64,000 nt of DNA. Source: Leptogorgia sarmentosa. Lineage: Eukaryota. A program made the translations under genes and the position numbers. The notes under the pieces were generated by a model. It was not told the origin of the DNA. It saw only the letters and a list, made by a program, of their open reading frames with translations, and searched no databases. Shown in pieces: positions 14,501-26,500 of the stretch. The stretch lies in assembly GCA_964658305.1 (NCBI GenBank), contig OZ210885.1, positions 13,268,001-13,332,000 on the forward strand, written 5' to 3'. How positions within the stretch are numbered: the first letter of the stretch is position 1; every line of letters starts with the position of its first letter.

Positions 14501-17500
14501 AAAATAATATGTAATAGCGGAGGAGAAGGTCGTGTGCTGTCTTAGGACCCATGATTGACACTACTTGGCAACTATCAGGGCATTTGTGACATTCTGCTCG
14601 ATTATGCTGAATGCATCTCTGTATATCGATGTGCAAAGTTGCAAAGTGATCGTAACAAATGTCTACTATATATGCATGATTTTTCTGTATGTAAAACATT
14701 TAAATCATATTTCGAATCCTCAAATGGGTTCACCTAATCATGTTTCTTTCTACAAGTAACATTGACAATCGGCCACGAAAATGAAATGAGGCCCAAAAGA
14801 AACCTAATAGCCATATTCATTTTTTCGAAGCTAATGAAGAAAAACTGATGCCAGTGGCGTCGCCAGCTCGATAAGTGAGGTGGACATATTCATATATTCG
14901 TGTTTTGCACAATTAATTTCTTTTGAAATCGATTGTTTTTATGGTCTGCGAACACGAATATATGAATATGTCCGCCTCACTTATCAACTCTGGCGACGCC
15001 ACTGACTGAGGCAAACTCCAGGTATTGGCAGCCCAGTCAGTAGACTTTCGAAAGTTGCAGGCGTGGTTGTGGTCATGAATAATTTTTCTTTATAAATCAG
15101 ATTGTAGCCCTGACGGGAGAGGAAAAGAGCACTTCGCCAGGCTCCATGCCAGTTGGGACCTTACATGAAAATGGAACAAAAATATGGGAAGGGAAGTAAT
15201 TCGGCGCTTCTACCCCAAGATAAATCACTTTATAGAAAATAATTTTCAATGAGTTTTCATCAGCAAAATAATACAAGGTGGACAAATAATTTTGATATTA
15301 TTAAATTGTCTTATATTTATAAACAAATCTAACTCACCCTGAAAGAGAATCAATTGCAATGCCACGTGGGTTCCTCATTGTACTTGTTAACACTCTTCTC
15401 CTTCGTCCATCTAAATTTGTCACGAAAATCCGCTTTGAAGAGAATTGAGTCCAGAATATACGACGTCCAAACCAATCAATTGCCATTTTGTTGACAACTG
15501 TAGATGCTATAACCACGTTCACATCTGCGTCATTAATGTCTCTCGTCGATATATTGCCGACGTCTTCAAAGTATAACTTCATTTCAACAGGGTCAACTGC
15601 CATCGCACTGCTGTAGTCAAGTCGACCGGTAACGAAAGATGTCTCCTTAGTCAACAAATGCACTGCGTGTATTTGATACCGCGTCTTGATAAGCAGGTAT
15701 GGTGTTGGACCTAGACAATGTATAACATATTGAATGAGAAAATTGCTTGCATTTTTATGCATTCAAAGGCACAAAGGCTTTTTCCCTATTTGAATTTGGG
15801 CTGCAATTTCCCAAAAATGTACAAGTTAGTATAATAGACTAGTTCATCCCCAAGCCACGGCGCGAAGCGCCGTTCGGGCGTTAGCCCGGGGCGAGGGTAA
15901 TAATTCAGCCATAGCGGAGTCCAAAGTTGCTCGATTTGGCAGCCATTTTGGGTTACTGTGTAAGAGAATTATTGATAAAGGTGGTCATCACTGATCTCAA
16001 AATTATGGTGGACCATCATGAAGGAAGAGCCGAAGCTTTTCAAAGCTTTTAGGCCTTTGGAAAGGCAAAAACAAAGACAAGATCTACGCTGTAAGACTTG
16101 GAAAGCCTTCTCAGAAGATAAAACGCTGAGAAAGGGGAACAAACGACTACGGATTGAAACACAAGATAAGTTCGTCAATATGTTGCCGGCAGTGAACTTT
16201 GTTTTGCGTATTTACTATTTACAGTCTACTATTTGTATGAAAGGTCGCCGTAGCCGCATTTAACCTATTCACGGCTCAATTCCAGAGTATAAGTTTATCA
16301 TTATAAAGGCAGGACCTCACAAAATATTTACAAACTTTACCCCAAAAGAACACGAGCGAATATTGGCTGGAAATGGTTTCATATCAAAGACTGACTTAAT
16401 TAAACCGTTTTATACAAATAAATGTAGTATTTCGCACCAAATTCAAGTTTATATTAGTCCTAACAACGTACGGAAAACAAATGGTTCTCGAAATTTAAAA
16501 AAAATACGAATAAAACAAAGATAATAGCTGTTATTTTTTTCCGGTCTGTAACGTAAATAGAGCTTTCTGATTGGTTGCCGAGCGGTCCGTATCCTACGGT
16601 ACGGACCGCTCGCATTCTCGTAGATACAAATATAGTCAATGTTTTTGTTTTTTAAAATTGAATGGCCGCTTTTTAAAACATTCAAAACGAATTTAGACGA
16701 TAAAGAACACATGAAAGTTCATTTTATTATGCTAAGGGATATTTTAGAGGGTACTTACAGCGACAAAAACAAGTCTCGTCAGTATCAACAAAACAAAACA
16801 TTCTCGGCGAAATATTTCGGTGTCTAAACCGTATTTTAACCATGTTTGTATCGTGAAACGAACGGGAAAATAAATAATTTTAATAAGTTTACCTTTTTCG
16901 TAGTATTGTTGAGTGGAAAAGCGTCAATATTGAAGCAAATGAGTCAATATTGAAGGTTTTTTTGTCACTTCGTCTCGGCTGTTTAGCAGCCATACTTGTG
17001 ATAGAGTAGCAAAGTAAACAAACAAAATGATCTCAAAATCTAGTTCGCAACACTGGAATTTTTGACGAATGTTATCATAACATCGAGGAAAAAAAATAAA
17101 TAAGTTATTTACCATTTAGGTCGGTTCGTACTGGAAAATATTTTGTCTCGGTCTCAAAAACGTCCCTCGGCCTTCGGCCTCGGGCCGTTTTTGAGACCTC
17201 GCCAAAAAATTTTCCAGTACGGACCTCCCAGCTGGTAAATAACATATATTTATTATTTATTTCAAATAATTCAAGAGTTTTGATTGGTTAAGAGCAGTGC
17301 AATAAATCCTCATATACGACATTATGACGTAATTATGTCGTATATTGAAAACTATACGACATTATGACGTCGACTAATTTATTCTGCATATGCTAAAAGC
17401 GGGAAAATTGTGGGAAATACAAATGGCTTCCTCAAAGGAAAGGTTCTTCCAAATGTTTAGATTGTGTTGAAATAAATTTGTTTGATTCAATTTTTGTTTA

Positions 17501-20500
17501 GCTATGTTGAATTGCTCTGACTGCGACCTTGAAATGTACAACAGCTATAAGAAGATTTTCTCTTCTAGTCTGATTGGCTTATTCAGTCTTGCGAACACTA
17601 CATTATTGTTCTATTTCCAGTACCTTGCAATTGCGTGTTTTTGCAAGCGCTATTTACAAATAAATAATAAAACAATTATTGAATTCGGTCCTCCTAGGAT
17701 ATGGGAATCAGCCTTCGGCTTCGGCAGATAACACAAACCTCGACCTGAATAATTATCATTTATAGACCCGGAGCGTGGAGGATTCGGCGTAATATTTCCC
17801 GAAGTGATGATATTTTCCGAGGGGCTTTGCCCCGAGGAAAATATCATTACTGAGGGAAATATTACGCCGAATCCCCCGAGCGGAGGGTCTATAAATGATA
17901 TATTATACCGAACAAAACATTTTTGCATCATTGTTTTCAAGAAGTCTATTTGTTTCTTCGTCCGAGTTTTGCTCGCCCGCCATTTTGCATAGCTAATTAG
18001 CTATGCTAAGCGCGTGTTGTCCACGCGTCACGCGTGAGCGTGGGATACTATAATAATCCCACGGTCGATCTGCCGTGGGATATAGTATCCCACGCTGGAT
18101 TGCGAAATCATGAATTTGAGTGAAATACCGTAAAAATCACACTATCACGTAGTACAAATGCTGCTTTTTCATTGGACAATTTGAATTTGAGGTATAATAT
18201 TTCCTCATATCCTATTCGGCCTCATTCAATAATTGTTTAATATTTGACAGTTTTCAAAAAATTACAGAAATATGAATTTCCTTTCGTGTTGCCATGACAA
18301 CAACCTCAGGCAGCCTTTGAAGTACTTCATGTTCCAAAAATATAGTTGCATTAATTGGTCGTAAGGCGAGGGGTTGCTGCATGTATGTATTTCTAGTATA
18401 GTTTATCCCTGAGCCACGGCGCGAGGCGCCGTCCGGGCGTTAACCCTGGGCGAGGGTAATAATTTCGCACGGCTATTTACACCCGGGTAAAGGAGAGCAT
18501 AGTGGAGTTGAAAGTCAGTCATTTCGCCGCCATTTTGGGTTACTGTGTAAGGGAATTTTTGTAAGAGTGGTCATCACTGATCTCAAAAATATGGCGGACT
18601 GTCATGAAGAGCGAACACTAAAGGCTTTAGAAAAGTGGAAAACAAAGACGAAGACTATTGCTGCAAGACTATAAATTAAAGACTTCTGAGAAGACATTAA
18701 TGCTGGGAAGAGACTTTACATCCACGAGAAGCGACAATGGATGTCAATTTCCTGGACGCTGATTGGCTAAAAAGCTTCAACAACTGTGCAAATTAATCTT
18801 TAATTTGCACAGTGTGCAAATTAAACTTAATTGCACGGTTTCGAGCCCGCGATACATTATAAAAACAAATAAATAAACGCTTAAATCAACGTCAAAATTC
18901 TTGTTTTTTTTATCATTTATTGTCAACTTTGGACAAAAAAGGTTAGTGGACGTGTACTACAATGATATTAATACGAAATTACACTTGTTCTCGAAGTATT
19001 AATGAAAAATTGCACTTGTGTTTGGCGAAATACCGCTCGTGTTTCGCACTCGCGGTATTTCGCCAAACACGCGTGCAATTTTTCATTAATACTTCTCGAA
19101 CCGTGTAATTTCCTATACAAAATTCTCGCGTATTTATTATGAATGGCTGGCTTAGCCGCATTCAATCTGTTTACAGTTTAATGTAAGAGATTTTACGTTG
19201 TGTAGATGTAAGACGGCCTTTTTAGTATTTCAAGATACTAAACGAATTTTAAATGGAAAAGAATACGAGCGAATAATGGCTTAAAATAGTTTTACTTCAA
19301 AGACGAAATTTGTATGAAATAAAAATAAACATTTCAAAACGTCCTATGGGAATATTTTACATCAAATTTAGGTTTAATGACATTAGTGCGACATATATTC
19401 TGCAAATTAAAGAGCATTCTATAAAAACCAGGTTGAAAACTGATATTTTTCCATTATTTTTCCATCTTTAAAAAAATATACGGAAAAATAGGTAAAATAT
19501 GAATTGCCAAGTTGTTGTTATGACGACAATAACTGGGTACTTCATGTTGTTACAATATAGGTGTATTGAGTTGAATGTAGTCTTGGTACGTTAGTGCGAC
19601 GAGCGAGGGGTTGCTGCATGTATGTATTTCTAGTACTATATAGTGTCTTCCACTATACAGTTTATCTGGAGAACTAGATTTTTCTTTCACATTATAACTA
19701 TATTATTTTGCAAGAGCAGATACATATGGTATGGTTATCATCAAAGTTCAGCATTCACTTGTACGCGTGTACACGCGTTATACACGTATTATATGCGAAT
19801 GTTATGTAAAAGGAAAAGGCAATGACAATGACAAGAAATTTAGTTTTGCTATGAAAAAACATTTGCAGCTCCTGGTCGTACTTTACAGAACTCTCGGCCA
19901 TCGCTTTGTAAAAACCTGAGATGTTGACTGTCAGCTTGCAATGTGTTCTTCAATAATCTGATTTCGCACTTGATTCGCAAATGACTTCCTGTGAAAATGT
20001 CGCGTTATTTTGTACTATTGTCAAAATATTTCTTGCTCATGTTATAATCCAATTGATTGTGAGTTTACCATGTTTCCGTAATATTCACCATGCCATTACT
20101 AACTAAATTTCATAATATAACTCTCATTTGCTTACATACCCATACACCTTTTTTCGTCCCGTAAATATCCCTTTTCACATATTGAGCATTCGTAAGAACC
20201 TTTGATGTTAGTGCAGTTTTTTGTTGCATTAGGGCCACATGGTGATAACAAACATTCATCAATGTCTAAATAAAATATTATAGTGCTTTAGCATTTAAAC
20301 GGAAAGTGGATATTGCTATTTCTCTGGATTTTCCGAAACTGACTTCTTCGCGTAATTACGGACCTTTGGGAGTTAGCTCAATTTGCATTGGTAATTAATT
20401 CAAATATCCAAATTATGCATAAATTATCGGTAATCACGCAGGAAACAACGCAAATTGTACAACATGCTCCATATTGTGATTCGATTACATCAAATACCGT

Positions 20501-23500
20501 TAAAAGAGCTTAGTTTTTGTGCGCGAGTCATTTTTAAAGTGGCTTCCAACAACAAATTTCCTACTCTTAAAAAGATAGATTTTTAAATAAACTCAGTGCT
20601 ACATGTACCAGAGGGTGGTAATCCACCTAGTTTAACGGAAGGTTTTCACAAATTTCGTGCGCTCGTTAGTTTAGGGAATATTTCCCACAGTAAACTTTTT
20701 TCAATTAAGGATAAAGTATGAGTATAGCATGGGTATAATAGTTATCCAACATGTACGTTGCATGGATAAAGAATAGATATAGTCTGGATTTAACATGTAT
20801 ATAGTGACAATCTGGGATGGATATAGTATGGGTTTGACCTAAACATATAGTATGGTTTAAGATAGATATAGTAGGAATTCAACATGAATGTACCAGGGAA
20901 TTATATAGAGATTACTTCGCGGTTGCTAAATGGGTACGACTTTTATTCACAATTTATGATGGATGTTATAATGAGCGCAGAAATGACGTCCGCAGATTAT
21001 GCGCGTTGTTCTGTCCTCTCAAATAACTATCGTCTAAGTAGCCTGGACTGGTAAATTATGAACAGTATTGCCAGGATCTATAATCATATGCATTTAGCCA
21101 GGCCAGATGGTGAGCAGCGAGCTCGATTTAGCTCAAGTGGTAAGGCACGCGGTGCGTGCGTTGCAGTTCTATAGTTCAAACCCGAGTTCGACACATTTTT
21201 TCAGCGTTGGTGATGAAAACTTTTTTTTCCTCAATATTTTTCTGACCACAATGGTCAGGGTTAGGATTCTAGGGTTTGGGTTGGGATTAAGGAAATTCTT
21301 AGTATATAGAAAAATGGTTTATATCAAACACTATATAACTATATCAAGAGTAATACTGAAACGCCGACCAGCAAGCTTAGGCGATAGTCCAGCGTGGGCA
21401 TTACCCCTGTTCTCAATTGAGAAATATTGGGTACTACCCGTTGAGGTCTTTGTTCAACGGCTGTTCTGCACCATGTATGCATAACCCCCTACATCAAAAG
21501 AAATTTGAAACTTAAACCGTAGGCAAACTAGAAACAAGTTTCTAACCCCTGGAAACCTTTTTGCTGAAACAAAATTTCCTTCCTGGGAAGCAGAAATATT
21601 TCCCAATAAATTCATTAGCATTTTTGTTGCGGAAAAACGCTTCTAAGTTTGCCCGTATGTTTCCAACACAAAAGGCATGTGCAAGAACAAATACCGCGAA
21701 AAAATGATGCTACGTCATGTAAGCAATATTTCAAATCAGTTCACCCCAAATGTTTCCGCAGCAATGTTTCCTATAGTTTACCCAGGGCTTTCGCAGACCA
21801 AACGATGGACAAGATAGACAGACAAAATACAACAAAGTCCATTCATGATGCAATTAATAAGGTTTTTTTGCAATCTGTATATTTTAAAAAGCAGTATACT
21901 TACAGTATGTAGCCTGTAAGCATTTGAGATTACCGTCTTGTTCAGTCTAAGATGGTATTTGGTGAGTAATTTGCCAAAATTGAATTTTCGTTTGTTGATT
22001 CTATTGTTCATAAAAAATGTACCAGAAGTGAAAAACCAGCAAAAAACCAGCAAAAGTTGTACTCACTAGCTAAACCATAAAAAGTGATTTGACGAACCGA
22101 ATGAAAGCTCCTTGTTGTTCTGCATGAACTAACTGCCCAGGAAGGGCCTTTGCTCGAAACAGTGAATTTGTTTGTATGGTTTAGATCATGAGATAACGTT
22201 CCTGTTATTGATATTGTTATCTGATTCCAACACTGGCCACACATTTAAGTAGTGTAAATCAAACTCGAAAAATTTTTTAAAGCTGAAAATTTGTGATCTT
22301 GATAAATTCTCGGCATGTTTGTATTGTAAGAAATATAATTTTTCATAGTTCGTCTATTCATCACATGTTTTTATTATTGCAAAGATTTGGATCCGTAACC
22401 CGGGATCTTTATCTAAAATATGCCTATGGAGATATAGTCAACGCACACACATTTCAAGTCATATTTACAGTTTTCAAGTCAGACAGATTTCAAGTCACAC
22501 TCAGTTTTTCGAGTGCAGGATTCTACATTTCTGGCAGAATTACTTTGTATATGAAAACACCTTTAATGATAGGCATGAAGTTGAAGTTAAAAGATTTCAC
22601 AGCAATTTTGTGGACAATGGTCATTGCAAATCTATGGATGAGTTCTAGTTTCTAATGGCTATACTTACTAAGAAAGCAAAAATAATCAAATCAGTTCACA
22701 GAAATGTAACCGAAGACCAAAGAAAACTAGACTTTTTCGAGAACAACTCAGAATGTTTTGTAATTATTTCGCTTTCCTCTGCGTGGAAAAAGTCAGTGAA
22801 CACTTGTCATATTTCTTAGCGCCTATTAATACTGTGCAGCTAACACGTAAGAACTTGAGAAATGTAAAGAAAAGACAGAGAGAAGAAAAATGACTAGTCG
22901 CCATAGAGAGAGTGCCATATTTTGGGTAAGGGCAATGTTTCACCCGTAGTACCCGATATTTCTCAATTGAGAACATGGGTAATAATGCCCACGCTGGACT
23001 ATCGTCTAAGTAGCCTGGCCTGGTAAATTATGAACAGTGATTGCCCGGGTCTATAATCATATGCATTTAGCCAAGCCAGAGTGGTGAACAGCGAGCTCGA
23101 TTTAGCTCAAGTGGTAAGGCACGCGGTGCGTGCGTTGCAGTTCTATAGTTCAAGCCCCAGTTCGACACATTTTTTCAGCGTTAGTGATGAAAACTTTTTT
23201 TTCCTCAATATTTTTCTGACCACAATGGTCAGGGTTAGGATTCCAGGGTTTGGGTTGGGATTAAGGAAATTCTTAGTATATAGAAAAATGGTTTATATCT
23301 AACACTAGTATAACTATATCAATAATTATAGCGAAGCGCCGACCAGCAATCTTAGGCGATAGTCCAGCGTGGGCATTACCCGTGTTCTCAATTGAGAAAT
23401 ATTGGGTTACCCGTTGAGGTCTTTCTTCAACGCTGAATGTTTATGATTCAAGATTATTATTTTGTCTAGTTGTTGCTTTCTCTCATTCCAAATGATGTTG

Positions 23501-26500
23501 AAAGAAAGCATCCAAATCAAAAATCTCCCTCTTGTCAACCCGTAGACATTTAGGAGCCTACAATCATGGTGCAATGGTAGTTCCGCGGTGCAGAAATGTA
23601 CAAAAAATTTTATTTGTTTTCAAAATATCTTCATTTCATTTGCGGTTGTCATTAAAATCACAAATGAAACCTGGTACGTTGGAATATACCAAAACTTTTG
23701 AATCTCATCAAATACAAAAATCTTTCATTTCTAACCAAATTATGCCCACAAATAATAAATTAATAACTATATTTATAAGCTGGACCTTTCTGGAAGCAGT
23801 TTTGACGGAGTAAAATCACTTTTCTGGCTTTTGGTTTTGGACAGAATTTCACCATGACACGCGTGAAGCAAGTGGGTCTCAAACACTTAACTAAAGCATC
23901 ATGAGCCCCTATTATCCTGTTGATAGATTTGGTATAACTAAATGCAAAAGGAGTGTTTGTTCTCATTTGGCTATTTTTGAAATTGGCGCCACGGGCTGTT
24001 TCTACAAATTTTGAAAATTCGTCTAATTTCGCGAGCTTGTATTTTGAGTATAAATCGCTAAGTTACACAAACCAAACAAATTATGGGAAATTTGAGAAAT
24101 ACAAATTTCATTCTCATCATTTACGGTGTTTTCCACTCTTGTTAACGTCTTCTACGCACTCGATTGCAAAAAGAGTAGACACTAAGTTATAGATCGTTTT
24201 AGTAAAAAGGAAAATTCATCAGCTAAAAAAGCTTTTTGCTAACTTTCTATCATGTTTTGGAATGTAAATGCAATGTGCTTTGCTTCTGCATACGATTTCT
24301 TGGTCAGCATCGACACATTTCCAACTATTTTTCACATGATTTATTATTATCAGAAAAATACGCCAATTCTAAAGCACAAGTACTGTTTTTCAGATCGAAT
24401 GTGTATCAACCAACCAGAGGTATATTGTAGACCTCAAAATGCTATTTCGACGATTTTTTCCGTAAACCTCATTGCTGTTCGAAACGTGGACTGAGCATTA
24501 TTTTAAACACACTCCAATCTCGGCTTCTCTATTTAAGGTTGATTCACTCAAATATGTGATTTCACCGGAAATCAGTGGCCGTCAAAGGAGGATAAATAGG
24601 GAGGGGGTCCTATATTCATATATTCGTGCTCTGTATTGTTAAGTCCTTTTGAAATGAATTGTTTTCAAGGTCTGTGAACACGAATATATGGACATTAGCC
24701 CCTTCCCCCCATTATCGATCTTCCGCGACCACTCCATGAAAGACGCGAATATAGGTACAACTCACCCATTGGTTGTATTGAGTTGTGCAAAACAACCATA
24801 TCACTATAAACATCGGTCTTGTTGACCTCAAATCTCCGAGATATATTTCCGCTTGATATATTCATCTCGTTAATGTAAGGAACATTGCTTTCCTGAAAAT
24901 ACACTGAACCTGCAAGTACGTCCTGCAATTGCGTAACAATAAATGATCCGACTCTAAGAGTTGCCACGTTCACGCCCTCGTAATCGCTCGAAAAAATACC
25001 AACGTTGTAGCTTATCCAGTACACCCGCTTGTTAGTGTAGTCCAGAGAAAGAACATTAGGACTTCTTCTGTTCGCCAATGTCACGATCGCATTGGTTGCT
25101 AAATTCATTCGTTGCACACGACCTGCACTATATTCTGTCCAGAATAAATACCTGCAGAGTAATAGAAAATGCAATTTTTAAAATCTAATTTGCAAAAAAA
25201 AAATTCTAGATTTTTATCAATTTTCTGCACACACTTGGAATTTTGTTTTTGAAGCGAAATAATTATTGCTGTACTAAATGAAAGGAGAGAGAAAGATTAC
25301 TCTCGAACGGCAATATAGCAGATATTTTGTGATAAACGCCAACAATGTACTGTATTCGATATTGATATAACAAATTAATAGCAATGACTGTGAATTGATT
25401 TCTCTCTTGTTATAGTCACCTCCCAGGAGGTAACTACAGTATAACAATTTTCATAATTAAATTCAAAATGGCCGCTCGGTTTGCTGAAGTTTCGCAGGAG
25501 GAAATTGACAAAATTAAACAAGAAAGCATCACCAAGAAAACAAACAAGCGACAAAATATGGTTTAAAAATCTTTCAATATACAGGCTTGTAATCACCTCG
25601 CCTTCGGGCGACTAATTGTTAAATAGAAAGACGTTTTTTTTGAGCTCTCGACCAATAAACGCCCGCGTTTTTAAGAGGCTATTTTATAATTTTTTAAAAT
25701 TTTAATTTTATTTTTTAAGATAAATTTCGAGACGTCACGTATCTACACATGTACAAAGCTGCACTGATGAGGCACAAACGCCGAAACATGCGCATGTAAG
25801 CAGATGGTATACACAGAATTAGATTCTGTAACACACACACTGTAAGCCGATGGCCTAATTAACTACAAAAAAATTGGATAATGCCGACGGCATGATTAGG
25901 GCATGACCTGTCTGAGCGCCTTCGCGTTTCGGGAATTTTTGGTATTTTGGAATCATTTACAGTAATTTAGCTTCTCATCAGTCATCACGACCTTAGTAAA
26001 ATAAAATGAAAACTCACCCAGCTAATTCATCAACAGCGATGCCGTACTTCCCCTGTTCTGTGCTTAAAAAAGTTCTTCCTTGTTTTTCTTCCATGTTCAT
26101 CACGAAAATCCTCTTTTCGTATGGAAATTTAGTCCAGAATATACGACGTCCTATCCAGTCAATTGCCATTTTGTAAATCTTAACATTTTTCAAAATGACT
26201 TCCCTACCACTGCCATCGAGGTTAGCCCTGGATATACTTTGATTGTCGTCTCCAAAGTATAGTTTCTTGTCTTTGATGTGGACTACCAACCCTCGACTGT
26301 TTTTAAGTTTCCTTATGACAACAGTAGCATCATGGGTTAACAAATCCACTGCTTTAATTTCAGATTCTGATCTTATGAATATATAAGGTTCCGGGTAAAT
26401 CCCTAAAATAATAATGATACACTAAAAAATCAGCTTTCCGCTGCGGCCAAAAATCAAATTTAATTCAGTATTTGGTGCATATATTGCTCTTAATGCTAAT

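Larger units (their letters stand above)
15847..18396 (+). mobile_element. Non-autonomous Helitron-like element interrupted by nested insertions (~16535-18240)
   Basis: A|TC 5' end and CTAG|T 3' end, no TSD; both halves are colinear with the uninterrupted copy at 50225-51058. Confidence 0.78.

Noticed and set aside
22008..22283. Extra phase 1-1 exon of the secreted gene
   Set aside because: In-frame TAA after the acceptor and no recognisable domain.
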